Of a stretch of 64,000 nucleotides of DNA, positions 50,675-60,066 are shown piece after piece. This DNA comes from Candidatus Hadarchaeota archaeon. GTDB lineage: Archaea; Hadarchaeota; Hadarchaeia; Hadarchaeales; JAGGTB01. The notes under the pieces are model-generated. The model was given only the letters and a program-made list of their open reading frames with translations, was not told the origin of the DNA and searched no databases. Positions within the stretch are counted from its first letter, which is position 1. Every line of letters begins with the position of its first letter. The position numbers and the translations under genes are program-made. The stretch is from contig CAYLJV010000001.1 of the NCBI GenBank assembly GCA_964384105.1, forward strand, positions 96,001 through 160,000, read 5' to 3'.

Positions 50675-51236
50675 CCATAAGTCTTTTTACATCTATATTC
50701 AGTAAGAGGACGTTTACTCTCTTCAGTCCAAACATTCCGAGTAGAGGGTCCTCTGTATGTTTCTCGATCAGGTCCTTAAGTTTGCTTTCGGAAACGCCTG
50801 TATTTTTAGAAACACGAGGTATCTGCAACATCGCAGAATTAACTGTTATGTGGGGATCGAGAGCCGACCCGGACTCCGTAACTAGGTCCGATGGGACTTC
50901 TAAGTTCTCTGAGTTTTCCGAGATTTCCTCCAAAATTTCTCTAACTCTTTCGGTGAGTTCTGGGTTTTGTGGACCAAGGTTTTTGCTTCCCGATTTTCTA
51001 GCATCGTAATCTATTGAAGAAGGCCTTCCGTGGAAGTATCTTGAATCATCGAAATCCTGGCCGATCAACTTTGAACCGACTATCTCATTTTCATATTCAA
51101 CTAAGCTACCCTGGCGTGAGTCACTCCAGATCTGGCCTACCAATCCAACAGATAAGGGATAAGCTATTGAGAAGATTATTATTCCTACTATAATCAGTCT
51201 AACTGCCACGGATAAGTTCTTCAGTTTTTCATTCAT
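50652..51236 (-). CDS. kdpC: K+-transporting ATPase subunit C
   Basis: [23 protein letters not shown] and VNVLLLN motifs. Confidence 0.95.
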   Translation of the reverse strand: MNEKLKNLSVAVRLIIVGIIIFSIAYPLSVGLVGQIWSDSRQGSLVEYENEIVGSKLIGQDFDDSRYFHGRPSSIDYDARKSGSKNLGPQNPELTERVREILEEISENSENLEVPSDLVTESGSALDPHITVNSAMLQIPRVSKNTGVSESKLKDLIEKHTEDPLLGMFGLKRVNVLLLNIDVKRLMDGDNVGE

Positions 51237-53281
51237 CCAAACACCCCAATTGTAACGAGTAATAGGTCAATAAGCTTGATAGACACAAAAGGAGCTATCA
51301 ATCCAGCTCCGCCGTATAATAAGAGGTTCTTTCTCAACAACACGGAAGCACTTTCGGCCTTATAATCCACTCCCCTCATTGCTAGGGGGATCAGGAACGG
51401 GATTATCAACGCATTATATATTAGGGACGCCACGATGGCGCTCTGTGGAGAAAATAGATTCAACACATTCATCTTTGAGAGTGCGGGAATACCGGCGCTG
51501 AAAATTGCCGGAACCAGAGCAAAGTATCTGGAAACATCGTTTGCAATACTGAATGTTGTTAAGGACCCTCGAGTCATCAACAGTTGCTTTCCTATCGACA
51601 CAACTTCGATGAGCTTTGTTGGATCGGAATCCAAATCCACCATGTTTCCAGCTTCCTTAGCAGCGTTCGTACCCGCCTGCATAGCGAGACCTACATCTGC
51701 TTTCGCAAGAGCGGGAGCATCATTGGTTCCATCTCCAGTCATACCAACTAATTTTCCTTCTCCCCTGATTTTCTCAACTAATTCAATTTTTTCCTCTGGT
51801 TTAAACTCGGCGTAATATTCGTCTATTCCCGCCTTCTCAGCAACAGCCCGAGCGGTTCTCTCATTGTCTCCAGTGGCCATGATAGTTTGAACTCCCATAT
51901 TTTGGAGTTCCTCGATTCTCTCTCGGATTCCCGGTTTCAGCTCATCATGAAGCTCTATTAGACCTACTATGTCTTTGTTGACCGCTACTGCCAGAGGGGT
52001 CCCTCCTTTATCGGATATGTTGTTAGCTTTTTCTTCCAAATCCGATGGGATATTTTCAGCATACTCTCTGATGGCGTCGACAGCCCCTTTTCTAACTTCA
52101 GTTCCATCGGAAAGATCAATTCCACTCATTTTTGTTTTAGCAGAGAACTCAATGAAATTATTTTCCGATAATTCCCCTTCATCAATATTGACCTCCATTT
52201 CATCGGCAAGAACCACAACGGACCGACCCTCAGGGGTTTCATCAAAGTATGATGCTTTTAGACTCGCAGAAGCGATGTCCGAATCTTCATATTTCCCCAG
52301 TGGCACGAAACTTTCGGCCGTTCTCTCTCCAGTAGTGATGGTTCCAGTTTTGTCCAAAATTAGTGCATCGAGGTCACCTGCCGATTCCACGGCTTTACCT
52401 GTCTTGGCTATTACGTTGTCTTTGGTCACATTTGTCATACCTGCGATCCGGATAGTAGCTAGTAAGGCCCCAATTGTAGTTGGCATCAGACCAACCAATA
52501 ACGCAATTAGATTGGCCACGTCTACGGTCATATTCACGTAGGTTCCAAAAAATCTCATAGTTGTTACGGCCACCAAATAGATGAAGGTAAAACTGGCCAG
52601 AAGTAGGATCATCGAGATTTCGTTCGGTGTTTTTTCCCGAGTAGCCGATTCTACCAATCCAATCATCTTGTCCAAAAATGATTCTCCTGGCTCTGCAGTG
52701 ACTTCAATTTTCAAACGGTCGCTGAGCACCTCGGTCCCCTCCGTTACCGAGCTTCTATCACCACCACTCTCACGAATAACTGGTTCAGACTCCCCCGTAA
52801 CTGCCGACTCATCGATTGAAGCACTCCCTTCTATGACGGTTCCATCTCTGGGGATAAGATCTCCTTCTTCCACGAATACTAAGTCTCCTTTAGCTAGGTC
52901 ATCGCTATCCACTATCTCGTAATTTCCATCGGAGATTTCCTCCAAACCAAGATCCTTCGAGAGTTTTTTTCCTTTCGTCTCGGTTTTCAGTTCTCTCAAA
53001 CTATCAGCGTGAGCTTCACCTTCCAGTTCTGCAAGAGATTCAGCATAATTTGCGAAAAGAACTGTGAATAGTAAGAGGGCCGTGATTATACCATAGTACC
53101 ACTGAGCCTCGGCACCGCCAAAGAAAGGAGGGTATAAGGTTAATATGAAAGTCATAATTGTGCCGATTTCTACGACAAACATTACGGGGTTTTTGATTAG
53201 ATATGTGGGGTCGAGCTTGATGACCGCCTCCTTCATTGCATCCAATTGTTTATCCCAATCAACCACTCTACAGACCTCCAC
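51233..53281 (-). CDS. kdpB: K+-transporting P-type ATPase subunit B
   Basis: TGES, PTTIG, DKTGTIT and [10 protein letters not shown] motifs. Confidence 0.97.
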   Translation of the reverse strand: MEVCRVVDWDKQLDAMKEAVIKLDPTYLIKNPVMFVVEIGTIMTFILTLYPPFFGGAEAQWYYGIITALLLFTVLFANYAESLAELEGEAHADSLRELKTETKGKKLSKDLGLEEISDGNYEIVDSDDLAKGDLVFVEEGDLIPRDGTVIEGSASIDESAVTGESEPVIRESGGDRSSVTEGTEVLSDRLKIEVTAEPGESFLDKMIGLVESATREKTPNEISMILLLASFTFIYLVAVTTMRFFGTYVNMTVDVANLIALLVGLMPTTIGALLATIRIAGMTNVTKDNVIAKTGKAVESAGDLDALILDKTGTITTGERTAESFVPLGKYEDSDIASASLKASYFDETPEGRSVVVLADEMEVNIDEGELSENNFIEFSAKTKMSGIDLSDGTEVRKGAVDAIREYAENIPSDLEEKANNISDKGGTPLAVAVNKDIVGLIELHDELKPGIRERIEELQNMGVQTIMATGDNERTARAVAEKAGIDEYYAEFKPEEKIELVEKIRGEGKLVGMTGDGTNDAPALAKADVGLAMQAGTNAAKEAGNMVDLDSDPTKLIEVVSIGKQLLMTRGSLTTFSIANDVSRYFALVPAIFSAGIPALSKMNVLNLFSPQSAIVASLIYNALIIPFLIPLAMRGVDYKAESASVLLRKNLLLYGGAGLIAPFVSIKLIDLLLVTIGVFG

Positions 53282-55007
53282 TCAGTAATTCTCCTATCGG
53301 GCCGAGGGCGAGAGATGGTAGGAAAATTAGTCCTCCTATTATTACCATAACACCTATGAAAAGTACCAAAAAGGAGATGCTTTCTATTTTCAAAGTTCCT
53401 TCTGTTTCTGGTCTAATCTTCTTGCTCGCTAGAGATCCAGCTATTATTATCTGGCCTGTTATTGGCAGATATCGACCGAGGAGAATTTGAATACCATTCG
53501 TTAGGTTATAGAAAATACTATTGTCAACAAGCCCTTCAAAACCACTCCCATTATTAGCCGAAGCCGAGAACATTTCATACAGTATCTCAGCAAAACCTCT
53601 GAATCCGGGGTTACTGATCGCTTCTTTCCCGATATCCGTAATGACGGCCAGGGAAGTAGGAATCAGCACGAGAGTGGGTAATAGCAATATTATCAGGGCA
53701 GCAATTTTTATTTCAGTCCATTCGATCCGTTTCCCCAGATATTGGGGTGCACGCCCGATCATCAGACCTGCTATAAAAACAGCGAGGAATAGATAAGTCA
53801 TTAGATTGAGAAGTCCAACTCCTAGTCCATTATAGAGGCAATTCATGCTCATTCCAAGGAAAAGCGGAAGTGTACCTTGTGCAGTGTAACTGTTATGCAT
53901 ACTGTTTACTGCACCATTGGTGGTAGAAGTGGTGGAAACACCCCAGAGGGCACTCATAACCGGCCCGAAACGGACCTCCTTGCCTTCCATGTTACCGTGA
54001 AGTTGAACAACTCTGCCATTCTCAGTGACAACGTTAACCCCTGGATTAGGCTGGAGTTCTCCGTTTATACCAACGAAAAGGAGTCCTAGGAAAAGTACAA
54101 AGAAGGCACCTATGAGAACTGCCGAATGCCATCTCTTGCCAATCCATATTCCAAAGGCATATATTACGGAGATAGGAGCTGCCAGTAGGAATAGGTTAAG
54201 GATTAAATTAGAGAGCACGGTAGGGTTTTCGAAGGGGTGAGCTGCATTTGCAGCGAAGTATCCACCTCCATTAGTTCCAAAAATCTTTATTGATTCTATG
54301 CCCGCAACTGGGCCAATTCTTATTGCCTGTTCTCCTCCTTCGATCGAATTTAAAGCTACTTGTCCACCAAAAGTCTGGGGCACTCCCTGGGAAACCAAAA
54401 ATACCCCCAGTATTATGGCTATCGGAATAAGAAAGCGTACTGATCCCCTTATTAGGTTGGTGTAGAAGTTACCAAGATCGTCGTTTTCCTCGTTCAAAAG
54501 ACCCTTTGTAAAACCAACTGCGAGACTGAGTCCTGTGGCCGCGGACATGAACATCGCCAGTCCAACACCGAACAACTGACTGAAATAAGATAGACTCTCT
54601 CCGGCGTAATGTTGCTGATTAGTGTTAGTTACAAAAGTGGAAGCTGTATGAAATGCTTGATGCCAGCTCATTCCGTCTAGATTGAGTGGATTTAGAGGTA
54701 GAATACCCTGAAAACGGAAAATAAAAATTAATAGCGTAAATAAAACTGCGTTAAATACGAACAAAGAAACAAGATATTTCCGCCAGTCCATGCCTTCGTC
54801 AGGGTCGACACCAATCAATTTGTAAATAAGGTTCTCTAATGGAGAGAAAATTCGATTCAATTTTTTGATCCAACTGAGCCAAGATGGAAGGGAACCCTTA
54901 CTGTTCGTTTGGTCTCTAAATATCCAAGCAAGATATTCTCCAAGGAAGTATATTAGAGCTAATAGAAAAACCAAGAAAAATAGTATTTGGAATATCACAC
55001 CGAACAT
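53268..55007 (-). CDS. kdpA: K+-transporting ATPase subunit A
   Basis: TNTNQQ, GTNGGG, TNGAVN and ANNGS filter motifs. Confidence 0.97.
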   Translation of the reverse strand: MFGVIFQILFFLVFLLALIYFLGEYLAWIFRDQTNSKGSLPSWLSWIKKLNRIFSPLENLIYKLIGVDPDEGMDWRKYLVSLFVFNAVLFTLLIFIFRFQGILPLNPLNLDGMSWHQAFHTASTFVTNTNQQHYAGESLSYFSQLFGVGLAMFMSAATGLSLAVGFTKGLLNEENDDLGNFYTNLIRGSVRFLIPIAIILGVFLVSQGVPQTFGGQVALNSIEGGEQAIRIGPVAGIESIKIFGTNGGGYFAANAAHPFENPTVLSNLILNLFLLAAPISVIYAFGIWIGKRWHSAVLIGAFFVLFLGLLFVGINGELQPNPGVNVVTENGRVVQLHGNMEGKEVRFGPVMSALWGVSTTSTTNGAVNSMHNSYTAQGTLPLFLGMSMNCLYNGLGVGLLNLMTYLFLAVFIAGLMIGRAPQYLGKRIEWTEIKIAALIILLLPTLVLIPTSLAVITDIGKEAISNPGFRGFAEILYEMFSASANNGSGFEGLVDNSIFYNLTNGIQILLGRYLPITGQIIIAGSLASKKIRPETEGTLKIESISFLVLFIGVMVIIGGLIFLPSLALGPIGELLSGGL

Positions 55008-55020
55008 AATTTCTCCTCAA

Positions 55021-55110
55021 TTAGAACTTGGTCGGGTTAAACAGCACGTATGCAAGATAAATTATCAAGAAAACTACAACACCTAGATAAACATAATCAC
55101 CTATTTCCAT
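55021..55110 (-). CDS. kdpF: KdpF (29 aa)
   Basis: Manual translation: MEIGDYVYLGVVVFLIIYLAYVLFNPTKF; directly upstream of kdpA. Confidence 0.9.
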   Translation of the reverse strand: MEIGDYVYLGVVVFLIIYLAYVLFNPTKF

Positions 55111-55347
55111 CCTTCTCCCCTTTATCAAACATTAGGAAACTTCTTTCTTTTTAGTCTCCCAGTTTCTCTTTTTCCTTCTTACATGATATTTGTTTTCCTG
55201 CCCTCAGTTACCAAACAAAAATTTTTGATGAAGAAGTCTTTCTTTTTATTACCTGGTCTTCTACAGGCTTTCATCGAAGATTTTTTTGCCTGATTTGGAT
55301 TCTTACTTCGTCAATCTTTCATACGTCGGTATACATATCATATACCG

Positions 55348-55548
55348 ATGACAACAACTGTTCGTATAGATAAAGAGACTAGAGAACTACTGAAGGAAGC
55401 GGGTAGTAAGGAACAAACTTACAACGATATAATTCGTGAGTTGTTGGAGATGTGGGGAATGTTCATCGAGGACTTGTATTCTATTCTGGAAGAAACCAGG
55501 GAAGAGGATTGGTTGGACACTGACGAGCTCAGGAAGGAACTTAAATGA
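55348..55548 (+). CDS. RHH-type antitoxin-like protein
   Basis: MTTTVRI..ETRELL...TYNDIIREL with acidic tail; overlaps a toxin relic at ATGA. Confidence 0.75.
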   Translation: MTTTVRIDKETRELLKEAGSKEQTYNDIIRELLEMWGMFIEDLYSILEETREEDWLDTDELRKELK

Positions 55549-55705
55549 CTGTTCTTTGAAGCCCAATTCTAGAAAGTAACTGGGAAAGCTCGAGAAAGAG
55601 ACACAAACTATGAATAATTAACAAGGTAGAGGAGTTCCACACTAAGGACAGAGGTGACATTTACGTTCTGAGAGTTACTCATTGGAAACATGCGTACCGT
55701 GAGGA
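55545..55705 (+). pseudogene. Degraded RelE/ParE toxin
   Basis: Fragments SRK*LGKLEKETQ, IINKVEE and DIYVLRVTHWKHAYR spread across frames. Confidence 0.55.
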
Positions 55706-55861
55706 TGTTATAAGTGCTCTTCGGGGAAAAATCGACAGATGATGATTCTTGTTTTTTGTAAATCTCTAAATTTTTCTTTAACGGTAAGATTGTTGAATAA
55801 AGAGTAAGTAGACTTTTAGTAAAACTTAATAATTTTGTAAACATATTTGTTTACAGATACT

Positions 55862-56074
55862 ATGCCACAAGTTCAAGTAAGAGTTTCGGATGAAATGATG
55901 AAAACTCTTGATGAGTGGATCAAGGCTGGTAAATACAAGAGCAGGAGTGATGCTATTAGAACTGTTCTAGCTAAACACGAAGAGAGGGAAAAAACTCGTG
56001 AGTTCTACGAAATGTTGATTAAGAGAAGTAAAGAATCTAAGGGACACCCTGAGAAGCTTGTTTTTTTGGAGTAA
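55862..56074 (+). CDS. CopG/Arc/MetJ RHH antitoxin
   Basis: VQVRVSD...G-x-YKSRSDAIR. Confidence 0.85.
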   Translation: MPQVQVRVSDEMMKTLDEWIKAGKYKSRSDAIRTVLAKHEEREKTREFYEMLIKRSKESKGHPEKLVFLE

Positions 56075-56079
56075 TCTCT

Positions 56080-56346
56080 ATGGGGTTCGAAGTCTTGTTG
56101 CATCCAAAGGCAAATGAATTTCTCGTGAAATCAGATAATGATCTTCAGTATCGTATCAAAGATAAGCTAAAAAAGCTAGGTTCAAATCCCAGAAGAGGAA
56201 AAAAGTTAGTACATTCAGACTTCTGGAGGTTAAGAATTGGAAATTATCGTGCAATATATGAAATTGATCAAAATGAGGAGGAGGTTGTAATTTTGTTCAT
56301 AGGGCATAGAAAGGACGTCTACGATGATTTCTCGAGACTAATCTAG
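56080..56346 (+). CDS. relE: RelE family toxin
   Basis: WRLRIGNYRAIYEI...IGHRKDVY. Confidence 0.92.
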   Translation: MGFEVLLHPKANEFLVKSDNDLQYRIKDKLKKLGSNPRRGKKLVHSDFWRLRIGNYRAIYEIDQNEEEVVILFIGHRKDVYDDFSRLI

Positions 56347-56602
56347 TTTGGGTTTTCCATGTAGAAATAATTTTTCCACTTCAATTAAGAAGAATTTTTT
56401 AGATTTTCTGTATTATGATTTTATGAATTTAGCTTTTTGTTTAGAAGGACCTTACTTAAATTCTCTTTTATTAATCTCAAAAAAATAATTCATTAATTAG
56501 CTAATCTATATGTGTAGAAAGCCTCTTGAGAGTAATACTAGTGTATAAGGTCATCTCAAAGGTCGAATCCACTTTTCGAAGGGAATAAGATAATTCCACA
56601 TC

Positions 56603-56860
56603 TTATAAATTGCAATTAATCCAATCCTTAAATTTTTGGAAATCCTTGGCACCAGCCTGATCAGCGATACTCCGAAGTGTTCCCGTTCTAATTGACTTGT
56701 GTAACGGAACTATAACAATTCGAACATCATCCTGTTTAGTTGGATGTTCGTAACGAAGCTTCACGTGGCTACCCGTCCGATCCACAACTTGGAATTGGTT
56801 CTTCGTAAGGGCCTTCACTATCTCATGACCAGAAAAATCAGATGATGTCATGTAAACCAA
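56603..56860 (-). CDS. hicA: HicA family toxin
   Basis: TGSHVKL, VPLH and GTLRSI motifs. Confidence 0.9.
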   Translation of the reverse strand: MVYMTSSDFSGHEIVKALTKNQFQVVDRTGSHVKLRYEHPTKQDDVRIVIVPLHKSIRTGTLRSIADQAGAKDFQKFKDWINCNL

Positions 56861-57163
56861 TTACTGCATAAACTTAGGGAGTACTCTACTGTTCTCGCGG
56901 GTCTTTTTGACCTTATCATGATCAATACCGAGGCTTTTAAGGATCTCTCGCTCCTTCTTAGAAATATCGATAGATTCATTGATCTTTTTCCTGTAGAGTG
57001 TCACTGCCTCATCGAGGTTTTTCAGGGCCGCTTGGCGGGTCTTACCCTGGCTCGCAATACTCGTATCTCCATCCTTTGCAATCCATATGTCATCCTCCTT
57101 CCAGAGAAGGTAAGGAGCTTTCTCGGTCGGATTTTTCAGTCTTGTTGCCATTTCATTTTCCAA
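56861..57163 (-). CDS. hicB: HicB-like antitoxin (short, no DNA-binding domain)
   Basis: ASQGKTRQAALKNLDEAV; upstream of hicA. Confidence 0.85.
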   Translation of the reverse strand: MENEMATRLKNPTEKAPYLLWKEDDIWIAKDGDTSIASQGKTRQAALKNLDEAVTLYRKKINESIDISKKEREILKSLGIDHDKVKKTRENSRVLPKFMQ

Positions 57164-57502
57164 TATCTTTTTCTTACCTATAAAAACCCGTACCTCTGAT
57201 TATTGGTATTTTCCGAAGGAAAGCCCAGGGAATATCTCATTTAAGCTCTTCTTTTTCTCCGTTAATGAGCTCTATTTAAAATACGCTAGAGAATATTAGA
57301 ATCAGGATATACCACACGATGCCAAAAATAACGTGAAGTCGAAATCTGCACCTAAACGAGCTAAACAGCCTCAAGCATATCCCACAGACCATTTAATAAG
57401 TTTTCTCTTAGCCTTTCAAGGTTCTTTAGACTTTTATTAAAGAATTAAAGCTCTTTTTAACTCTTGTTTAAAAATAAAAGGTCCATAGTAAGCTTAAAAG
57501 CA

Positions 57503-57576
57503 AGCCCCGGGTGGGATTTGAACCCACGACCTGCCGCTTACAAGGCGGCCGCTCTTACCAACTGAGCTACCGAGGC
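57503..57576 (-). tRNA. tRNA-Thr(TGT)
   Basis: GCCTCGG/CCGGGGC; anticodon arm GCCGC-CTTGTAA-GCGGC. Confidence 0.95.
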
Positions 57577-57783
57577 ACTATTAGTTTTCTGGTAGTAGTT
57601 GTTTTTCTAATAATGGTTACTACTATTAATGTGCTAATTTTTGTTTTCTAGTAATATGGAATATTGAGTTAAAATCACACGTTTTTAAGTAATATACACT
57701 ACATTTAATAGTTATAACACCGTAATGAAAAATGAAAATCGGTGGAGGTGCTGAGAAGACATCAAAAGATCAAAGTTTCAGTT

Positions 57784-58048
57784 ATCACGGTCCCGTCTGG
57801 CTCTGCTTTTTCTCCTTGACTCCGACTGTTAAATAGGCCGGACGGATAAACGCCCTCCTCTACTGAGGATGAAGTTTTTCACCCCCTACTGACTCAGTAA
57901 GGGGGAGCGAACCGCGAGGTTTAGTTTTTAGGAGGCCGGGCGCTGCTGGTAGGTTGTTTTTTCAGTTGGCATCTGAGAGATTCATAAAAAGCCTACCCGC
58001 GAAAGGGTAACATTCCTGGTCTCCTAACGTCGTGGTTCATCAGAGCCA
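57784..58048 (+). ncRNA. Putative structured ncRNA B, containing the shared module 57928-58027
   Basis: Closing stem TGGCTCTG/CAGAGCCA, several hairpins including a GCGA tetraloop, and a 21-nt exact match to copy A. Confidence 0.6.
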
Positions 58049-58097
58049 ATCTTGGAAATATTTTCGAAGATAATTTAACGTTGGGGTAGTCATGTTT

Positions 58098-58778
58098 CTA
58101 TTCTGCCGCTATTGTGCCTTCAGCGAGCTCTACCATTGCCTTCTTTGGTTCTTCTGCTTTTACTACACCTGAGGCGATTAGAATGCCTTCGGCACCCAGT
58201 TCTAAGGCTATTTTCACGTCTTCCCCGTCTGATATCCCTGCCCCACATAGCACATGGACGTCAGGGTCTACCTTCTTAACTTCTTCAACGGTCTCTTCTA
58301 TAATATCAGGACTTACCTTGGAGACGGACCGCCCTGTTCCTATCAGTTCTGGTGGTTCGACGGCCACCATGTCGGGATGAAATTCTGCGACCTTTCGTGC
58401 GATATTGGAGTCTTCGGCGCAAACTATACTAGTGAGACCAGATTCCTTGAGCCTCTCAACTATTTTCTCTATCTCTTCCAGCTCCAACTGTTTTTCCGAG
58501 TGATTTACTAATGAGCCAACTGCTCCGGCCTTTTTGGCGGCTTCGGGTAAGAGAGAACCAGTACCCTGGCCAGGGGTTAGAGGATCGACGTGCTGTGCGT
58601 ACACAGGAACATCCACTTGACTAGTGACCCGATATAGGTCTGCGTATTGAGGGGAAACTCCCACTCCAACTCCTTTTTCTTCTCCAGCTTCAGCTATCGC
58701 TTTCGAAATTTGAACGGATTTTTTCCCTATTCCTTGAGAATAGGCTTTTAGATTTACAATTATTGTCGGAAATTTCAT
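58098..58778 (-). CDS. tpiA: Triosephosphate isomerase (archaeal type)
   Basis: VNLKAY, NHSE, AVEPPELIGTG and LCGAGI motifs. Confidence 0.96.
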   Translation of the reverse strand: MKFPTIIVNLKAYSQGIGKKSVQISKAIAEAGEEKGVGVGVSPQYADLYRVTSQVDVPVYAQHVDPLTPGQGTGSLLPEAAKKAGAVGSLVNHSEKQLELEEIEKIVERLKESGLTSIVCAEDSNIARKVAEFHPDMVAVEPPELIGTGRSVSKVSPDIIEETVEEVKKVDPDVHVLCGAGISDGEDVKIALELGAEGILIASGVVKAEEPKKAMVELAEGTIAAE

Positions 58779-59009
58779 TTTGGATCCATCTAGAAAATGC
58801 CTTGTTGGCTTAAAATGTTTTGCGAAATTTTCTATAGGATATTTTACCATGAATGTATTGATTAAAGAACTGTACAATAACAGTTGGCTTCATTCTGTTG
58901 GAAATTTTATAAAATATAGAATTAAAACCCTATTCCTTATTGATTCTACCGATTTTGGAAAATTTTGAAACGATAACGATTTTTATCTTTTTTGTGATTA
59001 TTTTAAGGA

Positions 59010-59744
59010 ATGATTGGCGAAAGTTTAGTCCTTCTTTGGCTCTCGGTAGCAACTTTGCTGGCGTCGGTAGTGGGAACCTTTACTGGTTTTGGAGTTTCCA
59101 CGATTCTGATTCCTGTATTTCTTCTATTTTTTCCAGTATCTGAAACTTTACTTCTCGTGGGTGTGATACATTGGTTTGGAAATGTCTGGAAATTACTATT
59201 GTTTAGAAAAGGGATAGAATATAGATTAATTTTGCTTTTCGGAGTACCCGGTGTGATATTGAGCTATACAGGTGCTCGATTGTCCTTGGAAATACCTCAG
59301 GCAATTCTGGCAAGAGCCATTGGTCTATTGATAATTTCATACGTTCTGTTCATTTACTTCAAGCCCGATTACGAGCTACCAGAGAATAGGAAGAATGCAC
59401 TTATTGGCGGAACATTGTACGGATTCTCCTCTGGCATTTCTGGTATAGGAGGTGAATTGCGGTCTATGTTTCTAACTTCCTTTCACTTGCCAAAAGCCGT
59501 GTATCTTGCCACTACTGGAGCTATTTCTCTCACCATCGATTCGACTCGTATAGTTACCTACATAGCAGGTGGAACAAGGGTTGGAAGCAACATTATCATT
59601 ACTTTGATGGGCTTGGTTTTGCTTTCTTTAATTGGTGCATACGTAGGGAAGCGTTTTGTAGAAAAAGTTCGAAAACGAAGGTTCAGGATGGTGGTCGTAC
59701 TTTCTCTGCTTCTGGTTTCTCTGAAGCTTTTGCTATTTCCTTGA
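59010..59744 (+). CDS. TauE/SafE (DUF81) family exporter
   Basis: GFG...IP and SG-x-SG-x-GG repeats; about 8 TM. Confidence 0.85.
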   Translation: MIGESLVLLWLSVATLLASVVGTFTGFGVSTILIPVFLLFFPVSETLLLVGVIHWFGNVWKLLLFRKGIEYRLILLFGVPGVILSYTGARLSLEIPQAILARAIGLLIISYVLFIYFKPDYELPENRKNALIGGTLYGFSSGISGIGGELRSMFLTSFHLPKAVYLATTGAISLTIDSTRIVTYIAGGTRVGSNIIITLMGLVLLSLIGAYVGKRFVEKVRKRRFRMVVVLSLLLVSLKLLLFP

Positions 59745-59791
59745 ACTATGTGTTTTCCTTTAGTGCTCTGATTATTGCCTAAGTTGATATA

Positions 59792-59933
59792 TGCCGGGGG
59801 CGGGACTCGAACCCGCGACCTCGCGATTTCCCACATCATCTCGTGGATCAGCACTCACAACCGAGATTAAGAGGCTATGAGTCGCGCGCTACTAACCACC
59901 TGAGCTATCGGGTCCAGTTAAGGATACCCCGGC
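59792..59933 (-). tRNA. Elongator tRNA-Met(CAT) with two introns: 8/9 (59907-59925, 19 nt) and 37/38 (59828-59875, 48 nt)
   Basis: Removing both introns gives GCCGGGG-TA-GCTCAG...CGCGA-CTCATAA-TCGCG-AGGTC-GCGGG-TTCGAGT-CCCGC-CCCCGGC-A. Both junctions form BHB motifs. Confidence 0.9.
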
Positions 59934-60066
59934 TCAGCCCCGGCACATTTGTTTACTATTGGCGTCTCTCTTAAAAGATGCTTTTGTTGTACGATCTTAA
60001 AGTTTCTAAAAGAATGATGATAGTAGTTTTGAATCATTAGATTTGCTTTTTTGGATAAGGATTTTC

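Noticed and set aside
58038-58044. CTGATGA on the minus strand as a hammerhead core
   Set aside because: No matching GAAA and stem II/III arrangement; G-U pairs favour the plus strand.
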